A stretch of DNA of 40,966 nt from Candidatus Zixiibacteriota bacterium (GCA_020058315.1 JAGVEK010000002.1:1-40966); one strand, 5' to 3'; shown: positions 9,542 through 19,199, counted from the first letter of the stretch. Program-made: numbers and translations. Notes: generated from the letters alone by a model not told the origin.

Positions 9542-10677
9542 GGATCGATTTCTCCGGGTTGGTCAGCTTCGGGAATCTCCGGTACCAAGCCCTTACGAAT
9601 CTCCGCAATGGTAGCGTTCGCAGTCTGCTCAATGAGGGACAGGAGTTTCTCTTTAGCCTCAGCATCAATGGGCCTGAGAGTCTTGGTGTATTCACCTTCT
9701 GAAAAATTCAATGCTCCACGAACCGAGTATTTGAACCCCTTGCCATCCTCCGGCTCCTCGAATGCCGCCTCAAATTCGACTATCGGATACGGAATGGTCG
9801 TCTCCTTTGCTCGCCAGATAATTGAAGTTATGAAGAACCCCTTTTTGACAAGGCTTTGATATTCCTCCGAGGCCAGCAAAGTTTCACCCTTCAAGGCCAC
9901 ATTCCTTACAAGTGCCAGCGCCTCTTGTTTGGCTTGCTCCTTGTTCTGATCATCTTCGAGGTCCAATTCGTCCTCTTCGGGCTCCCTCTTGATGGGCTCC
10001 ACCTTCACGCTGGTGACATTGTCCAGTTTGAAGCCCTTAAGCTTGCTTATCAGCGACGTGAAGAATTCGGTCCTTGATGCGGCGCTCTTGAACTCGCCAA
10101 TTTCGATTGAATCGGTTGGTATATCGGTCTTCTTCTTGCCGTCCAGTTTGCCTTTTAATTTGGAAACAACCTCCTTTGCCTTGGCATTCGATGGCATGCG
10201 AATAACCGTCTTATCGCCATCAACATGGAACTCAATACCTGCCTCCTTGGGCGTACGTTGAACGAGTCTCGTCTTGCCGTAGTCAATTTCCGAGTATTTG
10301 ACGTTAACTACAAATTGATCGGTTCCCTTTGAGTGGGAAGTAATCGTTTCATCTGCAGGCGATTCGCTGGTGTACTCCTTAACCACCTCTTTTATTTCCT
10401 CAACCGTCAAGGCGGCATTCAGGGTAACTGACGTCAACTTCTCCGACCTGCCCGCGTGCTCGCGATGGTCAAGGATGATATTTAGGTCATGGTAGTCGTG
10501 CGGAAGCAGGGACAAATAATTTACGAGTGTCTCCCTACCATCCTTTGGCGAAAGAAATATTCCTCTATCTTTCGCAAGCTCGAGAACGACACCGGCGTGA
10601 ATTCTCTGCTTTGCAGACATAAGGACATCATAGATTTCCTTGTCGGTAGCGCAGTAAAGGAGATTGTTTTTAGACAT
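9538..10677 (-). CDS. Hypothetical protein with an acidic/lysine-rich central linker (gene 2 of the cassette)
   Basis: Within ORF 9538..10734, Met at 10677 (MSKNNLLYCATDKEIY...) overlaps the upstream stop by 8 nt. No recognisable catalytic motif. Confidence 0.75.
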   Translation of the reverse strand: MSKNNLLYCATDKEIYDVLMSAKQRIHAGVVLELAKDRGIFLSPKDGRETLVNYLSLLPHDYHDLNIILDHREHAGRSEKLTSVTLNAALTVEEIKEVVKEYTSESPADETITSHSKGTDQFVVNVKYSEIDYGKTRLVQRTPKEAGIEFHVDGDKTVIRMPSNAKAKEVVSKLKGKLDGKKKTDIPTDSIEIGEFKSAASRTEFFTSLISKLKGFKLDNVTSVKVEPIKREPEEDELDLEDDQNKEQAKQEALALVRNVALKGETLLASEEYQSLVKKGFFITSIIWRAKETTIPYPIVEFEAAFEEPEDGKGFKYSVRGALNFSEGEYTKTLRPIDAEAKEKLLSLIEQTANATIAEIRKGLVPEIPEADQPGEIDP

Positions 10678-11653
10678 TTTGCATGCCCAGTTCAAGCTCG
10701 GAAAATTTGGTACGAACGTCGTTGATCTGAGCAAACTTAATGGTATTCAGCCGATCACGAATTTCGGGGCCACCTTCATACTCGTCCACATACTGATCTT
10801 TGGCCTTTTCGAAAAACGCCGCAGCGTTTGGATGAGGGTCCAGCGTCTTGACATGGACATCGGTGTCACCCACCAGAACCTGGTAGTGCATCAGGTGGTC
10901 AATTAGATATAAAAACTCTTCAACCGATTCGCCACGCTTACGGTAGAAGATAACGAAGCCCTTGCGGTTTTGCTTCTTTGGGTCAGTGTATGAAAGAATA
11001 ATCCAAGGCGCGGTAAGCATTTCCAAGGTTCCCGCCTTGGCATGCTCAGGCTGAACATTCTTCCTTCTGACTAAATGCGGGTAGAAGAATTTGCAGTGTT
11101 CCCGGTCGGGAAGCTCGCCGGCACCACCTCGCATGTAAGCAATCTCATGATGAACATTGTTCAGCCAGAAGATATCCCGTGGCCCGAACACAACGATCTT
11201 TGACTTGCTTGGAATATCTAGCTTTTCGTTCTTCACCTGTCCAAGCAGGCCACCAAAGTCCTTGTCGTATTCACCATCGTGGTTGTAGACAAAGAGAAGA
11301 CCGCAAATTTCTGGTGATACATGGTCGTGGAGAAACTTTGCCCTAAATTCATCGCTTTTTTCGGCACAGCTTAAGCCGCGCGCGAGACTCTCAATTGCTG
11401 CCCGAATGGCACCAACGGATATTGACCCCTTGGCGTAGCTTTTGAGGTCGCAGTTCACGTAGGTTCTTGCCTGTGAGTACGGCTCTTCATAGTAAAAAAC
11501 AACATCCGAGGGATGTGTTTCCGCCTTGTGCACCTCCTTATTCTCGCAAGGCCAGTTCAGATTCGTTGGACCCATCTTTTGCCATAGGAACTCTGCGAAG
11601 AGTTCCTTTGACAGTTTCTCGGCCATCTTTGCAATATTGGTAGTTTCTGCCAT
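10670..11653 (-). CDS. Hypothetical protein, possible PD-(D/E)xK nuclease fold (gene 1 of the cassette)
   Basis: 327 aa with a GAGGGAAC RBS. ...ETHPSDVVFYYEEPYSQARTYVNCDLKSY... gives P-S-D, then 18 residues, then D-L-K, as in restriction-endonuclease-like cores. The assignment is by eye only. Confidence 0.75.
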   Translation of the reverse strand: MAETTNIAKMAEKLSKELFAEFLWQKMGPTNLNWPCENKEVHKAETHPSDVVFYYEEPYSQARTYVNCDLKSYAKGSISVGAIRAAIESLARGLSCAEKSDEFRAKFLHDHVSPEICGLLFVYNHDGEYDKDFGGLLGQVKNEKLDIPSKSKIVVFGPRDIFWLNNVHHEIAYMRGGAGELPDREHCKFFYPHLVRRKNVQPEHAKAGTLEMLTAPWIILSYTDPKKQNRKGFVIFYRKRGESVEEFLYLIDHLMHYQVLVGDTDVHVKTLDPHPNAAAFFEKAKDQYVDEYEGGPEIRDRLNTIKFAQINDVRTKFSELELGMQNV

Positions 11654-11991
11654 GTTCCCTCGTCACCATGTAGGTTCGGAAATTTCGCCGAGAGGATCCA
11701 CCACTCCCTTGGCGGCATGTGAACTAAGTCCTTCGTATCGGTGGCCGAATAGCTGTTTGCCCTTCTTGCCGTCTGCAACAATCATATACCCAAAGCATGA
11801 CCGGCAATCACTGCGTCATCACGTTGACGAAGCACCATTCCGCCGAAACACAATAGGACAAAACACTACAAGAGGATGGGGGTAGCGCTGCCTAACCCCG
11901 CCTCTCACAAAGTACCGAATCACTGTCTTGGACCACACTTACAAGTCATTGCGGCTAACGTCGTAGGGGTGCGTTCATAAAAAGCGCCAAA

Positions 11992-12852
11992 TCAGGCCTG
12001 CAATTTCCTTAGGACTTTTTCAGTCGACCGAAAAATTTGCTCAGCCTCCTCCGCGGCCTCCCTCGCCTCTTTCTCGTTCGCGGACCAGCGGGCCAGACTC
12101 TCCAAATATCCCGACAGGGACATCCACTCGAACGGCTCGTCAGTGGGGCCGCAAAGCAGGGCCTGGATGAAGTCGTAAGGACGGCGGTCGGCCGGTCGGC
12201 AGAAGAGCCACTCCTCGTCGGGGTCCGCGTTTAGAAGAAAGTCCTGGAGGCTGGCGAAGAGGCAGCGGTTCGTTTGGACGGCTACGCCCATGTCCGTCAG
12301 CGCCTTGATCCTTGCGTTCTCGGCCTTCATTGATTTTGGGCCTCGCTTGCGAGGCGCTGCGGATGATGCGCCGCCGAACATCCCGAACAAGGCGGCGAGC
12401 CCCGGCGGCTCCGCCATCACGGGAGCCTCCGACACCCCCTGTCGGGATTCCGTTGCTCCCTCATCTGCCACGCTTGAACTAGGGGGCTGGAATGCCGCCC
12501 TAGGGGGCTGGAATGCCGCCCGAGGTGCCTGGTGCGCCGGCCAAGGCTCCCCTATCCTCTTGCAGAACTCATCCCCCATGAGCAAGGCCAACGTCCGCTC
12601 CGCGGCCGAGAGGCCGTTTGAGTTGTGCCTCTTGGCATATTCAAGAAGGTCGGTCACGGCATAGACGACCTTGCCGCCGCGGCGCTGAAACGGAATTTTC
12701 GCCTTGCCGTCAGGTTCCCTGCGGCTTGTCAGCCGCTGGCTTTTGAGGGCCGACACGGAAAGGTGAACCATCATCCCAGCCTGCTGTGTGTTGACCGCGC
12801 AAAACGGCCCTTCCACGGCCGCCTTGGCCATGACGTCATCAAACACTGTCAT
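11992..12852 (-). CDS. HTH-containing island protein, paralog-like of the int-adjacent 209-aa protein
   Basis: 286 aa. The N-terminal MMVHLSVSALKSQRL...GKVVYAVTDLLEY resembles AlpA/excisionase-type HTH. Its C-terminal segment (CLFASLQDF...FEWMSL) parallels MCFSTLSDF...IVWMPM of ORF 38063..38692. Confidence 0.7.
   Translation of the reverse strand: MTVFDDVMAKAAVEGPFCAVNTQQAGMMVHLSVSALKSQRLTSRREPDGKAKIPFQRRGGKVVYAVTDLLEYAKRHNSNGLSAAERTLALLMGDEFCKRIGEPWPAHQAPRAAFQPPRAAFQPPSSSVADEGATESRQGVSEAPVMAEPPGLAALFGMFGGASSAAPRKRGPKSMKAENARIKALTDMGVAVQTNRCLFASLQDFLLNADPDEEWLFCRPADRRPYDFIQALLCGPTDEPFEWMSLSGYLESLARWSANEKEAREAAEEAEQIFRSTEKVLRKLQA
12479..12520. repeat. In-frame 21-bp tandem duplication inside CDS 11992..12852
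   Basis: CTAGGGGGCTGGAATGCCGCC occurs twice and perfectly (12479-12499, 12500-12520), followed by a degenerate third copy. It encodes PRAAFQP PRAAFQP. Confidence 0.9.
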
Positions 12853-12998
12853 CGCTTACCCCCTTTTGTTCTTTTTGTCAAAACAAGGTGCCAGATTACC
12901 TCAAACGACTATAGCCGCCGGCATTTTCACCCGAGTTTCGACTCGCCCCCCCGCCATCCGGAGACTGCGTTCCTTCACCACACACAAGGAGCGCAATC

Positions 12999-14156
12999 AT
13001 GAGCAATGCAACCGCAGCAACCGCAAGAGAACTCGTTTTCGAGGTCACGGACCAAGGCGACATCACGTCCTTTATCCGCGGCAAGCCCGCAGCGACAAAC
13101 GCAAAGCCCGAAGCATGCGTGCCGCGTGAATTCCTCAACAGATTGTCGGCGGCGAATCCTGGCCTTTGGAAACTGGTCGACGATGTTCGTCGCCGGATGA
13201 TCGCCGAAAAGAAAGGGTGGCCTGAGTGGTGTTTCCTGCCGGATTGGGGATGGACGGCTGTCGCAATTGAGAACGAGACGATCAGGCACAAAGATTTTTC
13301 GCCGACGGGCACGGATTTCGTCGAACACATGTATCGGGCGAAAACCGAACAGACCTTTTTCGGAACATGGCGGCTGACCCAGGGGGCCTATCGCTTCGAT
13401 CCGACGCTTTACAAGGCCTTGCTCGAAACACCGCTGACGGGAAACATCCCTTCCGAGATTCTCACCCGCTTGCCGGAATGGGCCGTCTACATCGAGACAC
13501 CCGACATCAAGCATCCCTCGGGCATGCCGTTGGACGGATTCGGGGCGTGCCTGTGCCATGAGCCGACCCTGGGCGACTGGATCGAGTTCCACCTGTTCGT
13601 CGCCATGCCCGACGGCAGCCGCCAACGCGGGTCGCACAGCGTCGTGCTCAATGGCGGGACCATCGAGGAGTCAGGTAAATGGATTGACGGGGAAAACGCG
13701 CTTGTATCCGAATTTCTGGGCACCGCCAACCCCACGTCCCCCTTCGACGAGAAAGCCTGGACGCCATTTGTCGGAAAGCTGCTCTCACTGCTGTTGTGGC
13801 TTTGCAGCGAGGAGCCGGAAATCGGATCGGGCACGCCTCCGAAACTTCCGACGCCGGTGAGGACAAAGAAGGGTCAGCGGTTCTTCCCGGCCGCCCAACC
13901 CAAGGTTTGGGACGTCGGCGTCCGGATCGGGGCCGCCCTCAACGCCGCCGCCGCAATCGCCAAAGCCTCCGGCGACGAAGAGGACGAGGCCGACCCGCGT
14001 GCACGCCCTCGAGGACACATCAGGCGGGCTCACTGGCACACATACCGCACCGGCCCGGGGGGTTCCGTGCGAAAGCTCCGATGGATGTCACCCATCCTCG
14101 TGAACATGCGGACCTGCGACGACCTGCCGGCCGTGATCCATCCCGTAATAAACTAA
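12999..14156 (+). CDS. Hypothetical protein with a basic C-terminal HxRRAHWH motif
   Basis: 385 aa with an AAGGAG RBS. The C-terminus reads RPRGHIRRAHWHTYRTGPGGSVRKLRWMSPILVN. No family could be named from memory. Confidence 0.75.
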   Translation: MSNATAATARELVFEVTDQGDITSFIRGKPAATNAKPEACVPREFLNRLSAANPGLWKLVDDVRRRMIAEKKGWPEWCFLPDWGWTAVAIENETIRHKDFSPTGTDFVEHMYRAKTEQTFFGTWRLTQGAYRFDPTLYKALLETPLTGNIPSEILTRLPEWAVYIETPDIKHPSGMPLDGFGACLCHEPTLGDWIEFHLFVAMPDGSRQRGSHSVVLNGGTIEESGKWIDGENALVSEFLGTANPTSPFDEKAWTPFVGKLLSLLLWLCSEEPEIGSGTPPKLPTPVRTKKGQRFFPAAQPKVWDVGVRIGAALNAAAAIAKASGDEEDEADPRARPRGHIRRAHWHTYRTGPGGSVRKLRWMSPILVNMRTCDDLPAVIHPVIN

Positions 14157-14171
14157 TCCAAGGAGAATGAA

Positions 14172-14936
14172 ATGAGCAATTTTGTCGATTACGAAATTCA
14201 CATGGTCGGCACCGCCGACGCGTTGCGGGCAGCGGTCCAGGTCATTGCAACGACGGTTGCGAAACACGGCGATGGTGCTAAGCACGGAAACTGGAATTGG
14301 GGGGGAATTCCAACCATCGAGGACGGGTACTCCGATGCTGATTTCGGGTTCGTATCCTGTCGGATGCAGATTCAGGAAATTTGCAAGGGGCTGATCATTG
14401 TCTCAAAGGTATTTCCGGAAATGAAAATTTTCGTGAACGAACAATGCACCGACGGATGCGTTGAATCCCGTCTGAACTTGATCGCGAAGGGCAAGGAAAA
14501 AGGACTCCTCGAGTCTTGTAACACCCCGTTCTATCTGGAGGAATTCTTGGCGATTTTCGAATTGCGTCGCCGCAAGGACGCCGAATCGCTTGCTGGGATC
14601 ATCGGCGCGATGATCCGAACGTGCCATGCCGGAGACGACTACATGGCCCTAAGCCTCGACACCATGGCCAAGGAGGTGACGTCGGTCATCAAGAAAAACC
14701 CCGCCTTGGCGACCGATCCGCAGACCCTCGAACTTCTTCAAACGCTCTGTCCGATGCTGCAGAACCTTTGCGGACCCGATGAGGACGAATACGAAGGCAT
14801 GCGATTTAAATACGCGGAAGGGCTCGAGACCGCCTTTGAGGCCGCGGCTTTGTCACTGTCGACAAAGAAGGCCCTCAAGACCGCCGGCAAGGGGAAGGGC
14901 AGGAAATGCCGGCCAGTGTCGGAGGCCTCGGTATGA
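14172..14936 (+). CDS. Hypothetical protein
   Basis: 254 aa with an AAGGAG RBS, 15 nt after the upstream stop. Its stop overlaps the nuclease gene start (ATGA). Confidence 0.7.
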   Translation: MSNFVDYEIHMVGTADALRAAVQVIATTVAKHGDGAKHGNWNWGGIPTIEDGYSDADFGFVSCRMQIQEICKGLIIVSKVFPEMKIFVNEQCTDGCVESRLNLIAKGKEKGLLESCNTPFYLEEFLAIFELRRRKDAESLAGIIGAMIRTCHAGDDYMALSLDTMAKEVTSVIKKNPALATDPQTLELLQTLCPMLQNLCGPDEDEYEGMRFKYAEGLETAFEAAALSLSTKKALKTAGKGKGRKCRPVSEASV

Positions 14937-15421
14937 GCCGCTGGCTTTTGCTTTCCGCGGTTCTGGCCGCCACGATTCAACCGGCGTATTGCGGTACGCT
15001 TTCAGGCCGGGTCGTGGCGGTCTCCGACGGGGACACCCTCACCGTCCTCGATAGCGAAAACAGGCAACACAAAATCCGTGTCGCCGGCATCGACGCACCC
15101 GAGCGAAAGCAACCGTTCCGACAGCGTTCCAAAAGCGGGCTATCGGATTGCTCATTTGGGAAAACGGTGGAGATCGTCGGCGACAAACGGGACAAATATC
15201 GCCGGACCGTAGGCAAGGTGATCGCCGACAGCCGTGACTGCGGACTCGCTCAGGTCAATGCCGGCCTTGCTTGGCATTACAAGGCATATGAGCGGGAGCA
15301 GCCGAAGGCCGACCGTGAGGCCTATTCCCAAGCGGAGGATGCGGCCAGGAAGGCAGGGGTGGGCCTTTGGTCGGAGCCCTCCCCCGTCCCGCCATGGGAA
15401 TGGCGAAAGGGGCGGCGGTAA
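14933..15421 (+). CDS. Secreted staphylococcal-nuclease (SNase/thermonuclease)-like nuclease
   Basis: Within ORF 14906..15421, Met at 14933. It has a signal-peptide-like MSRWLLLSAVLAATIQPAYC. Then VVAVSDGDTLTV...IRVAGIDAPE...GKTV...DKYRRTVG...VNAGLAWHYKAY... matches SNase-fold motifs. The RP4 ParB nuclease belongs to this fold. Confidence 0.8.
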   Translation: MSRWLLLSAVLAATIQPAYCGTLSGRVVAVSDGDTLTVLDSENRQHKIRVAGIDAPERKQPFRQRSKSGLSDCSFGKTVEIVGDKRDKYRRTVGKVIADSRDCGLAQVNAGLAWHYKAYEREQPKADREAYSQAEDAARKAGVGLWSEPSPVPPWEWRKGRR

Positions 15422-15452
15422 CGGCGATTAAGAAGCAACTGGTCCGGCTCGC

Positions 15453-18400
15453 TCATGAGAAAAGGTATGACGCCACTTCCCATCTGCTTATGGGGTGCTC
15501 TGCGATCCATCCGGAAAGATCTTCCAAGTCGTGAAGCTCGACATGGTTCATCCTCGCCTGATACCGGGCCGTGCCGTTGAACCTGCGGTTAGTGACAGCC
15601 GCGAGGGAGAACCTCACGCCGGGAAATCTGGCCGCGTAGTCCGCGGCCCCGGCCACCACGTTCTGAATCGCCTCCCATCCGAGTTCTCGTCCGTCAACCG
15701 TCGAGCTCTTGCACTGGATGAGCACTCCCTCGGCACCGGAAATGGCGACGACGTCCACACCGCCGTCTCCGCTCCTCGGGGTCTTGATTGTCTTCGCGTA
15801 TCCACGCTTATTCCAAAGGATCGCGCACAGCGCCTCAAAGGCATCCGGATCCAGTGACTCTAAATCCGCAGCAGTGAGATGCTCGTCGCCGAACGCACTA
15901 CGCCCTCCCGGCGCGCCGAGATCGCCGAAGTCGCCCGCCTTGAGATCGCCCGTACCGTTCAGCATGTCGGTGGAAAGGGAGCGTTTCCATGTGAGCAGAA
16001 CGTCGAGCTTGGCGTCGAACGTCGTAAAGTCGTCGGCGACGACGACGGGGTAGTACACAAACACGTCGCGTGTCTGTCCGATTCGATAGGCACGGTCAGT
16101 CGCCTGGTCCTCCTTGGCGGGATTCCATGTGCGGGTGAAATGGACGACGTGGTTCGCCGCCTGGATGTTCACACCGAAGCCCACGGCAAGGGGCGAAAGA
16201 ACGATGACCCCGAAGCCCGGTTTGTCCTGGAACGCGCGGATTCTCTTCTGCCTGTTGTTCGCGTTCTCCGCCGCGGCCGACGTGTCCCCGTTGATTACGT
16301 CAGGCGTGAAGCCGAACCGCTCTAGGATCGCGCGCTGGAGTGTGCGCTGCAGATCGCGAAACTCGCAAAACACAATCGCCTTCTCGCCCTTGCTTTTTAT
16401 GCTTTCCAACTGTTTCAGGAGCCACGCCATCTTCGGTGAGTGTGCCTCGATTTCCGACAAGGTGAGCCGATCTGTCCCGATGCTTCCCGGTGGCTTAGGA
16501 TCGGAGCAAAGTCTTCGCAGGTATTGAAGCAAGCCAAGATGACTTTCAATGCCCGTCCCGGAGCCTTCGCGAGCCCGGCGGTGGAAAGCCCCGACCGCGT
16601 CGGCGTAGTGTGCCCGCTGACGCTCCGATATCGGGAGACTGCGGCATTCGGTGACCTCGATTTTTCGCGGCAGATCCTTGGCGACGTCAGCCTTCGTCCT
16701 CCTCAGGATTTGAGGCTCAATAATCTCGCGCAATTCGGCGACTCTGGCCTTCTCCTCCTCAGTCTCCGCCTCGATGGGTTTGCGGTAGCGCGTCCCGAAA
16801 TCCTTGAGCGCACCGAGCAACCCGGGTTGGACGAAGTCAAACAGACACCAAAGATCGGTGAGAGTGTTCTCGACGGGCGTCCCGGTGCAGGCGATCCTGA
16901 ACCGGGCGTTCTGTTTCTTGGCGGCGCGCGTCACCATCGCGCTTGGGTTCTTTATTTTCTGAGCCTCGTCGCAAATGATCGCGGACCACCTCTGCGCAGC
17001 CAGTGAGAACTCCAAGTCGCGAAGCGTCTCGTAGGTCGTCAGGACAACCTTGGAGTCGCCCAGCCATCCTCTCGTAAGCAGACGCGTGATTCCGGAGCCA
17101 GCCAGGTCTTCGTCCACCGCGTCGCGCGGAAGGCGCTTGCCCGCCAACGCCGGGCCGTAAAGCGTCAGCACAGGGAGAGCACCTTCGTTGAAAAACTTCC
17201 CGATCTCCTCTTTCCAATTCTCCAACAGAGACACGGGCGCCACGATCAGGAACGGAGCACTTCCCGGCTCATCCTCCAATATCCTTGCTATAAAGGTGAG
17301 CAACTGGATTGTCTTGCCCAAGCCCATGTCGTCGGCCAGCACGGCTCCGCGGCACTCCGCGGGAGACATCGACCATAGATGCTGGAGCCACGCGACGCCG
17401 TCGTTTTGGTGATCTTTGAGCGAGATGTCCGGTCTCAGCGACGACGGCAGCCTCGGGACCGAGCCGCGCGGCAGCGCGAGAGCCCCGCAGCGCTCCTCGT
17501 AGTCGAGTCTCTCGACGTTCGGTTTGACGACGAGACCCTTGCGCTCCTTGCACTTGCCCTTGGCCTTCTCCGGGTCGAACGTCCCCTTATCGACATCCCT
17601 TTTCGCGTCCGCGAGCGTGTCCAGCATGTCAGAGGCAAGATCAACAGGGACTGGCTTGGGGCAGCCGGGGAAGTCAAACGACGCGCGGCCGTCCTCCTTG
17701 GCCTTGCGGACCTCCTCGCGAAATTCCTCAATCGTCTCCGCGTTCAGCGCTACGGCGACCGTCTCTCCGTCGGCGCCCATAGTATGGAAGAAGCCGAAGT
17801 CGACGTTGTCGGGGAACCACCCGGCGTCCTCGCTCTTCCTCGCTATGAACGGCGAGTAATACGGCTTCTCGACGCCGAAACCCTCCACACGCTCGGAATA
17901 CAGCGAAAGGTCGAAAATATCCGACGCCTTGAAACCCTTCCGGCTAGAAATGTCCGCGAGGGCTAACCGGAGCAGCTCTGCCTGATCCGGGGTGTCGCCC
18001 AGAATCTCAAGGTCGTGGCCCTCCCAGTGGCAACACTGCGCGTTTGCCGCAATCCTGGAATCCAGCTTGGAAAGGAACACCGACAGATCCTTCACGCCTT
18101 CGAACCGTACGGTTTCGCCTCTCACGTCGCCGCCGATGATTTCCTGTATGAGCAGCGACACGTCGAACGGATAGCCGGACGCATCGCGTCTCACCCTGGC
18201 GGTGAAGCGGGAGAAAGGGATGCCAGCATCCTCTCTGGCCTGTTCGAATTGCTGGGCGTCGACCACCTTCTCCGCGTCCGGACCCAGCGTAGCGAACGGA
18301 TTGCGAAGGAACGCCTCGGCGCGATCACCTGCAACGCGGCGCCCCGGCATGCGCTTTATCTCTCGAAGTACGGTCGCCACCTCAGAAGATATCAGCACGT

Positions 18401-19196
18401 GGGTGAGGCCGTCGCCGTCCGGTATCTCGTAACGCCCAGGCACCGCGTCGAGACGGTCGAACATTTCAATCCAGCGGCGAGGCTGACCGGCAAAACCGGG
18501 GATAACCTCAACGAGACGATTGCCGGTCCCGTCGCCCTTGCGCAACCTGATGTCCAGCTTCTCCGGAGTCAGCACCACCGTCCTGTTGAGAAAGTCTGAC
18601 AGGTCCGCCTTCGACGACGTCGCCTTCGCCCTAATGTCGGCCCACGCCCTGCGGTTCTCATCGGCGCCACTCGCACCCGATTTTCTCTTCTCGTGAAACG
18701 ACCGCAGCGCCTTCACGGTGCTCCAAACCGCATACGGCATCAGTGCCGTCCTGCGACCCGCGGAGATAACGCCTCCGACCGTGTCCACGTTTCCTGCCGG
18801 GGCGTCGCCGTCGGGGCCTCGCCATCCCGACAGCACGATGGAAAAATCATTGTCCGTCAGCGTCCCACGGCTTTCAAGCGAGAGGCGCCAGTTCTCAAGC
18901 GGCGGAAGACCTAAAAGACGAAAACCGTCAGCGTGATCCTTTGAGGACAGGACACGATAGACGTCGTCCCATGTGAGCACCAGTGCGGCACCGTCGCGGA
19001 TTGCGTATCCCTCTTCCGCAAGTTGGGCGAGAAACCTCGCAAGCTCGGATTTCTCCTCGAACCGCTCGGGTGTTTCGAGCCAGTCGCCAGCGGGCGGGTC
19101 TGCTCGGAAGGAGACTCCGTCCCCAGACCATGCCGTCGAGATGTCAGCGGCGATTTTGTCCGCAGGACCCTTCGTTCCGAACGGGGACCAAATCAT
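15453..19196 (-). CDS. zorD: ZorD: SNF2-family helicase with C-terminal Mrr-like nuclease domain
   Basis: 1247 aa. It has LADDMGLGKTIQ (motif I), DEAQKIKN (motif II) and C-terminal helicase motifs (QATDRAYRIGQ). The C-terminus GDGGVDVVA...LIQCK is Mrr_cat-like. It is the fourth gene after zorABC. Confidence 0.85.
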   Translation of the reverse strand: MIWSPFGTKGPADKIAADISTAWSGDGVSFRADPPAGDWLETPERFEEKSELARFLAQLAEEGYAIRDGAALVLTWDDVYRVLSSKDHADGFRLLGLPPLENWRLSLESRGTLTDNDFSIVLSGWRGPDGDAPAGNVDTVGGVISAGRRTALMPYAVWSTVKALRSFHEKRKSGASGADENRRAWADIRAKATSSKADLSDFLNRTVVLTPEKLDIRLRKGDGTGNRLVEVIPGFAGQPRRWIEMFDRLDAVPGRYEIPDGDGLTHVLISSEVATVLREIKRMPGRRVAGDRAEAFLRNPFATLGPDAEKVVDAQQFEQAREDAGIPFSRFTARVRRDASGYPFDVSLLIQEIIGGDVRGETVRFEGVKDLSVFLSKLDSRIAANAQCCHWEGHDLEILGDTPDQAELLRLALADISSRKGFKASDIFDLSLYSERVEGFGVEKPYYSPFIARKSEDAGWFPDNVDFGFFHTMGADGETVAVALNAETIEEFREEVRKAKEDGRASFDFPGCPKPVPVDLASDMLDTLADAKRDVDKGTFDPEKAKGKCKERKGLVVKPNVERLDYEERCGALALPRGSVPRLPSSLRPDISLKDHQNDGVAWLQHLWSMSPAECRGAVLADDMGLGKTIQLLTFIARILEDEPGSAPFLIVAPVSLLENWKEEIGKFFNEGALPVLTLYGPALAGKRLPRDAVDEDLAGSGITRLLTRGWLGDSKVVLTTYETLRDLEFSLAAQRWSAIICDEAQKIKNPSAMVTRAAKKQNARFRIACTGTPVENTLTDLWCLFDFVQPGLLGALKDFGTRYRKPIEAETEEEKARVAELREIIEPQILRRTKADVAKDLPRKIEVTECRSLPISERQRAHYADAVGAFHRRAREGSGTGIESHLGLLQYLRRLCSDPKPPGSIGTDRLTLSEIEAHSPKMAWLLKQLESIKSKGEKAIVFCEFRDLQRTLQRAILERFGFTPDVINGDTSAAAENANNRQKRIRAFQDKPGFGVIVLSPLAVGFGVNIQAANHVVHFTRTWNPAKEDQATDRAYRIGQTRDVFVYYPVVVADDFTTFDAKLDVLLTWKRSLSTDMLNGTGDLKAGDFGDLGAPGGRSAFGDEHLTAADLESLDPDAFEALCAILWNKRGYAKTIKTPRSGDGGVDVVAISGAEGVLIQCKSSTVDGRELGWEAIQNVVAGAADYAARFPGVRFSLAAVTNRRFNGTARYQARMNHVELHDLEDLSGWIAEHPISRWEVASYLFS

Positions 19197-19199
19197 TCT

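Noticed and set aside
9260-9859. Plus-strand 199-aa ORF and other antisense ORFs inside the four-gene cassette (8378-8857, 9989-10261, 10489-10725).
   Set aside because: They are antisense to tightly coupled genes of better coding quality. They have no RBS and hydrophobic, low-complexity translations.
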